From positions 3,776,001 through 3,840,000 of the forward strand of contig OZ257142.1 of NCBI GenBank assembly GCA_965279035.1: DNA of 64,000 bases, in the 5' to 3' direction. Under the pieces are notes generated by a model. The model saw only the letters and a program-made list of their open reading frames with translations. It did no database searches and was not told where the DNA came from. Positions 60,901 through 64,000 of this stretch are shown one piece after another. The translations under genes and the position numbers were made by a program. The DNA is from Bacteroidia bacterium. Its GTDB lineage: Bacteria; Bacteroidota; Bacteroidia; M30B66. Position 1 is the first letter of the stretch. Every line of letters begins with the position of its first letter.

Positions 60901-62175
60901 GGTTGGGATAATCCAACCTTGTATAACAACAATGTTTACACGTATAATGAAGCATTAGCTAATGGTTTTGAATGGAGATATCCATTAACGACCAATGAAG
61001 TAATTCCTCGTGGTTCAGCCATATTGATCTACCATCTTGGAGATCGCACACAGGTGAATTTGCAAAACAATACAATTCCAAATGCTGCTATTGTTGATTT
61101 TAAAGGAGTTCCAATTCAAGGAGATATAACACTTCCTGTTAATTGCACAGGCGGATGTATTCCTACAGATAATGGAAATGGATGGAATTTAGTTGCAAAT
61201 CCGTATGCTTCACCAATCGATTGGGATTCTCCGGAATGGACTAAGACAGGAATTTCGAGCACGATTTATATTTGGAATCCACGTATCAATCAATATGCTT
61301 CGTATAACTCTCAAAACCCAGGCGCTGCAACAAATGGTGGCTCGCGGTATATTGGTCCAGGACAAGGATTTTTCATGAAAGCAACCGAAAATAATCCTGT
61401 TCTTATTGCTCATGAAAAAATTAAATCAGCTCAATTTCCAGATACTTTATTGTTTAGAATGAGTGCTGCACAGTCGCAATTACGATTAGTGATTAATCAA
61501 AAAGATTCTGAAGTACAAGATGAAGCAGTACTTGAATTTCGTAATGAAGCAAGTGATGCATTTGAAGTGAATTACGATTCACATAAACCGGAATTACCTG
61601 GAATGAGTTTGAGTTTTTCTTTGTTAAATGAATCAGGTGATGCTTTATCAGTTCATGCTTTTGCGGAACCTGATATGGCGCAAGGAGATAAAATAATTCC
61701 AATTCGATTAAAAGCTGAAGCTGGTTTATACTACATTAGCGCATCTCAGCTTGAATCATTCGGAAATAACGTTTCATTTTACCTCGAAGATCGTTTGATG
61801 AAATCGATTGTAAAATTGGAAGAAGGTAAATCGTATAATATCACTGTTGAATCAAATCAAACAACAAATTCAACAGGTCGTTTGAATTTAATTCTGCGTC
61901 ACGAACATGCAAATGCAAGCTCAATCGTTGGATCTTTTATTCGTGTTTTCCCTAATCCTAGCAATGGTTCAAATGTGCAAGTTGTATTACCAAAAGCAGG
62001 AAAAGGAACCTTGGAAATCTATTCGATGCTTGGAACAAAATTGTTGACTAAATCCATTGATACTGCTCAAAATACAATTGCTTTGGATTCGATAAATCAA
62101 TTAGCTGCTGGTATCTATACAATCGTTTGGAATTCAAGCGAAGGACGCTATAGCGAATTATTGACTGTCAAATAA
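57946..62175 (+). CDS. Large T9SS type A cargo protein with Gly/Ser/Asn-rich beta-helix-like repeats
   Basis: Signal peptide; TWTG...WS..ANW start; GG-T/S-L/F repeats; GWNLVANPYASPIDW; VFPNP...GIY CTD. Confidence 0.85.
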   Translation: MNRFFTSILPFFLAAIAGTASAAEKTWTGAAGSSWSSPANWQPAGVPANADDVVFDGNVSSISCNLPTTVIVHSLTVKPEYTGTITATNQSSAILTIMQNMHLSGGTLTTGLCKLKVMNELLVDGGTLNKGSGSICSLIDLKISSGSVIIGNGPVEILGNFLLDGGSFLTGSGSFFIKSSYLQNGGSFTKTSGVGTFNPTGSVTINGGDFNCQASNITFKSLSLNNAQFNAGSGSIYFNGNLSLNTASFLKNSGAVYFNSGALFSALNSTFNLGSSIWNANSISFDGGTADLGSGTLIVNGSSTFNQCSISKSGGNSNFNTAFSFNSTNSTIAFGNGLVNTGVMNLDGSTLSFGNGNLTIEGALTLSGSSQFSKTAGNAQLALGSTVTMNSGVVDFTGSTQINTGNWTQLGGSTTCGNSPLFIDGNFEISGNSIFNAPTSVFDLKGDFRRISGTFNHNNGSVRMIGTSSFPYTILGGPIFNNLEISNTSGVNIKKVDVYGEMSVNSNFKLNNGSASNRSIQINTATINIFGNLDITQYRSTEIQPGSSTLRFTGSQTQTIVGTSLNDGIGVLPSIYIDKTGGVFLLSGNVCFGNGFNQQNSTIEFDPEMIFGMKGGSFTLDNLLIPHVRVSGMSTLLSSMAVQGNLEILSTGFLINGNSALNVNAEFINEGRFQNMNGSLNVTGLLTNRGEFSINSGSMNALSGLLQEMGFFGCGTGQVNTIGILSLVDGSFNCSNATVVVSGSVNQTGGTLNGNVNGGSFTISQNYNQTAGIFHGQSGTMNIGVALNLAGTFIRGTGTVNFNGFGPQTIPALFYNKLSIAGSGRIITLAPSEIRISAATAGFAPNATNIYITTNNTINYSNNGNQDVAGFAYNNLSITRSGTKSLSANGSVKNTLKVINSAHFDVDGISNNRVFTLLSSQAQSARIDQIPATASIVGNLTFQRWTRGGIRSNRFIGSPVDTVGGIKFKQVKDNVLLYSTGNAVSGWDNPTLYNNNVYTYNEALANGFEWRYPLTTNEVIPRGSAILIYHLGDRTQVNLQNNTIPNAAIVDFKGVPIQGDITLPVNCTGGCIPTDNGNGWNLVANPYASPIDWDSPEWTKTGISSTIYIWNPRINQYASYNSQNPGAATNGGSRYIGPGQGFFMKATENNPVLIAHEKIKSAQFPDTLLFRMSAAQSQLRLVINQKDSEVQDEAVLEFRNEASDAFEVNYDSHKPELPGMSLSFSLLNESGDALSVHAFAEPDMAQGDKIIPIRLKAEAGLYYISASQLESFGNNVSFYLEDRLMKSIVKLEEGKSYNITVESNQTTNSTGRLNLILRHEHANASSIVGSFIRVFPNPSNGSNVQVVLPKAGKGTLEIYSMLGTKLLTKSIDTAQNTIALDSINQLAAGIYTIVWNSSEGRYSELLTVK

Positions 62176-62193
62176 TAATGCATTTAACTACAT

Positions 62194-62224
62194 AAAAGCT
62201 GCCTCCAACGAAGCGGCTTTTTTT
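62194..62224 (+). terminator. Intrinsic terminator
   Basis: aaaagctgc...gcggcttt plus T tract. Confidence 0.7.
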
Positions 62225-62352
62225 GTGCTTAAAATCAAGGGTTTCTGAAAGCAGTTCGTGGATTTTAAATTCAATTGAATTCTCGGTTTGTGCAATTTGA
62301 AAAAATGTTAGATTATTGAACTCACAAACGAGAAATCGAAAAATCAAAAACC

Positions 62353-62736
62353 ATGGGAATTTTAAAAGAATTTAAAGCATTTGCGATGCGTGGAAACGTA
62401 ATCGATCTTGCAGTTGGGGTTGTAATCGGGGGCGCATTTGGAGGAATTGTGAATTCACTCGTTGGCGATGTGATTATGCCTATTATTGGTGTATTGACTG
62501 GCGGAGTTGATTTCTCTGGATTAAGCTATACGGCAGGAAAAGCTGTGATTGCTTATGGTAAATTCATCCAAGCAATTTTCACGTTTATCATCATTGCATT
62601 TTCTTTATTTATGGTAATTAAAGGAATGAATGCAACTAAGAAAAAGGAAGAAGAATCACCTGCAACACCTCCAGCTCCAAGTAAAGAAGAAGTGCTTTTG
62701 GGTGAAATTCGTGATTTATTAAAAGATCGTCGCTAA
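62353..62736 (+). CDS. mscL: Large-conductance mechanosensitive channel
   Basis: [24 protein letters not shown]...LL.EIRDLL. Confidence 0.97.
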   Translation: MGILKEFKAFAMRGNVIDLAVGVVIGGAFGGIVNSLVGDVIMPIIGVLTGGVDFSGLSYTAGKAVIAYGKFIQAIFTFIIIAFSLFMVIKGMNATKKKEEESPATPPAPSKEEVLLGEIRDLLKDRR

Positions 62737-62747
62737 TACGGAATTGC

Positions 62748-63704
62748 ATGAAACGATTTTTTAGCATCATTGCTTCGCTAATTCTGACTACTTCCCTACT
62801 CCAAGCTCAGATTGAAGTCAAAGAAGATACAACGGTGAATGGTTGGAAAAAAGGTGGGTTTTTCGCCTTAAACTTTAATCAGGTTTCACTAACTAATTGG
62901 GCTGCAGGAGGGGAAAGTGCTTTATCTTCAACAGCTTTATTGAATGCTTTTATAAAATACCGTCACAATGATATCTATTTTGAATCAGTGTTAGATGGTG
63001 GTTTTGGATTTATCACAACTAAGTCGCAATCGCTTCGCAAGAATGAAGATAAAATAGAAATCAACGCAAAGTTCGGTAAGAAAGCCAAAGGCAAATTTTT
63101 CTATGCTGGCATGTTGAATTTCAGAACACAAATGGCTCCGGGTTATAACTTTCCGAATGATTCAACGGTTATTTCCCGTTTTCTTGCACCTGGATTTTTA
63201 TCGCTTGCTCTTGGGATGGATTACAAACCCAATGAGTGGTTTTCGATGTTCATTTCTCCTGCAACTGGAAGAGCAACATTTGTGATGGATCAACGCTTAG
63301 CCGATTTAGGTCAGTTTGGTGTAACCGCGGCCGTGATCGATCCTACAACTGGAGCAATAATTACTCCTGGGCAAAAAACACGTTTCGAATTTGGAGCGTA
63401 TTTACGCGCACGTTTGCAAAAAGATTTAGTGAAAAATATCTCTGTTGTTTCGAATCTTCAGTTGTTTAATAATTACACCGATCCAATCAAAGCTCAACGT
63501 GCTAACATCGATGTAAACTGGGAGAATTTGATTTTAATTAAAGCCAACAAATGGCTTACAACAAGCATATTCACCAATTTAATTTACGATAACGACGTTC
63601 AAGTTCCTGTGAAAAGAGTGGTGAATGGAACTGAAGTGATTGGAACAGGTCCGCGCACACAGTTTAAAGAAGTTCTCGGACTTGGGCTTTCGTTTAAATT
63701 CTAA
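62748..63704 (+). CDS. DUF3078 outer-membrane protein
   Basis: NFNQ..L.NWAAGG, K.ED, F.TQ..PGY, QFKE.LGLG..F. Confidence 0.85.
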   Translation: MKRFFSIIASLILTTSLLQAQIEVKEDTTVNGWKKGGFFALNFNQVSLTNWAAGGESALSSTALLNAFIKYRHNDIYFESVLDGGFGFITTKSQSLRKNEDKIEINAKFGKKAKGKFFYAGMLNFRTQMAPGYNFPNDSTVISRFLAPGFLSLALGMDYKPNEWFSMFISPATGRATFVMDQRLADLGQFGVTAAVIDPTTGAIITPGQKTRFEFGAYLRARLQKDLVKNISVVSNLQLFNNYTDPIKAQRANIDVNWENLILIKANKWLTTSIFTNLIYDNDVQVPVKRVVNGTEVIGTGPRTQFKEVLGLGLSFKF

Positions 63705-63723
63705 AACATATTTTGATTCAACC

Positions 63724-63753
63724 AAAAGAGGCTGCTAAATGCAGTCTTTTTTT
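63724..63753 (+). terminator. Intrinsic terminator
   Basis: aaaagaggctgc...gcagtcttttt hairpin plus T tract. Confidence 0.65.
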
Positions 63754-63829
63754 TGCTCTATTTTACCAACTTAATCAGCTATTTGAATGCTCGCTTCGAC
63801 AGGCTCAGCGAGCGGATTTTATATAGAAA

Positions 63830-64000
63830 TTGAAACTAAAATTCCTCATGTTTACTACAGCATCCCCGGATTTCAATCCGGGGACTTCGACAGGTTCTGT
63901 GTTGGATTTTATTTAGAAAATAAAACTAAAATTCCTCGAGTTTACTACAGCATCCCCGGATTTCAATCCGGGGACTTCGACAGGTTCTGTGTTGGATTTT
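63830..64000. repeat. Tandem ~90-bp units fusing the CCCCGGATTTCAATCCGGGG REP with CTTCGACAGG
   Basis: tttactacagcatccccggatttcaatccggggacttcgacagg at about 63851 and 63941; runs off the window end. Confidence 0.8.

Noticed and set aside
976-63469. Numerous 60-155 aa ORFs overlapping or antisense to the called genes
   Set aside because: Shadow ORFs of well-supported CDSs with no independent motifs
1-64000. tRNA or rRNA genes
   Set aside because: No cloverleaf/T-loop or rRNA signatures were recognised by eye

Overview
A 64-kb chromosomal segment from a Bacteroidota bacterium, judged from T9SS cargo proteins, gldF/gldG and TAnnTTTG promoters. It is mostly housekeeping genes (ychF, parE, tsaC, mutS2, bshC, rimO, ftsY, rpmG, dnaN, rfaD, purC, phoH, mscL, kynurenine-pathway nbaC/nbaD), with many intergenic repeats of at least five families. 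Two things stand out. (1) A triplicated two-gene cassette (7.4-14.5 kb) pairs a small secreted stand-alone Ig-like protein with a DUF2341-LamG(-Ig-T9SS CTD) protein. Each cassette is preceded by the same promoter architecture (TTACA-N1-2-TGTAA palindrome, 42-nt gap, TAnnTTTG-like box), and the same architecture recurs 45 kb away before a 1409-aa T9SS surface protein. This suggests an undescribed co-regulated surface system. (2) An IS110 element (15622-16835) has a 5' non-coding end that reads as a bridge RNA: its donor guides match the predicted circle junction, and its target guides spell the host's dispersed octamer repeat, into which the element is inserted. There is also an IS1595 insertion with an 8-bp TSD that interrupts a membrane-protein gene, and three covarying copies of a structured intergenic RNA-like element. 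All calls were made by eye; no database searches were run.
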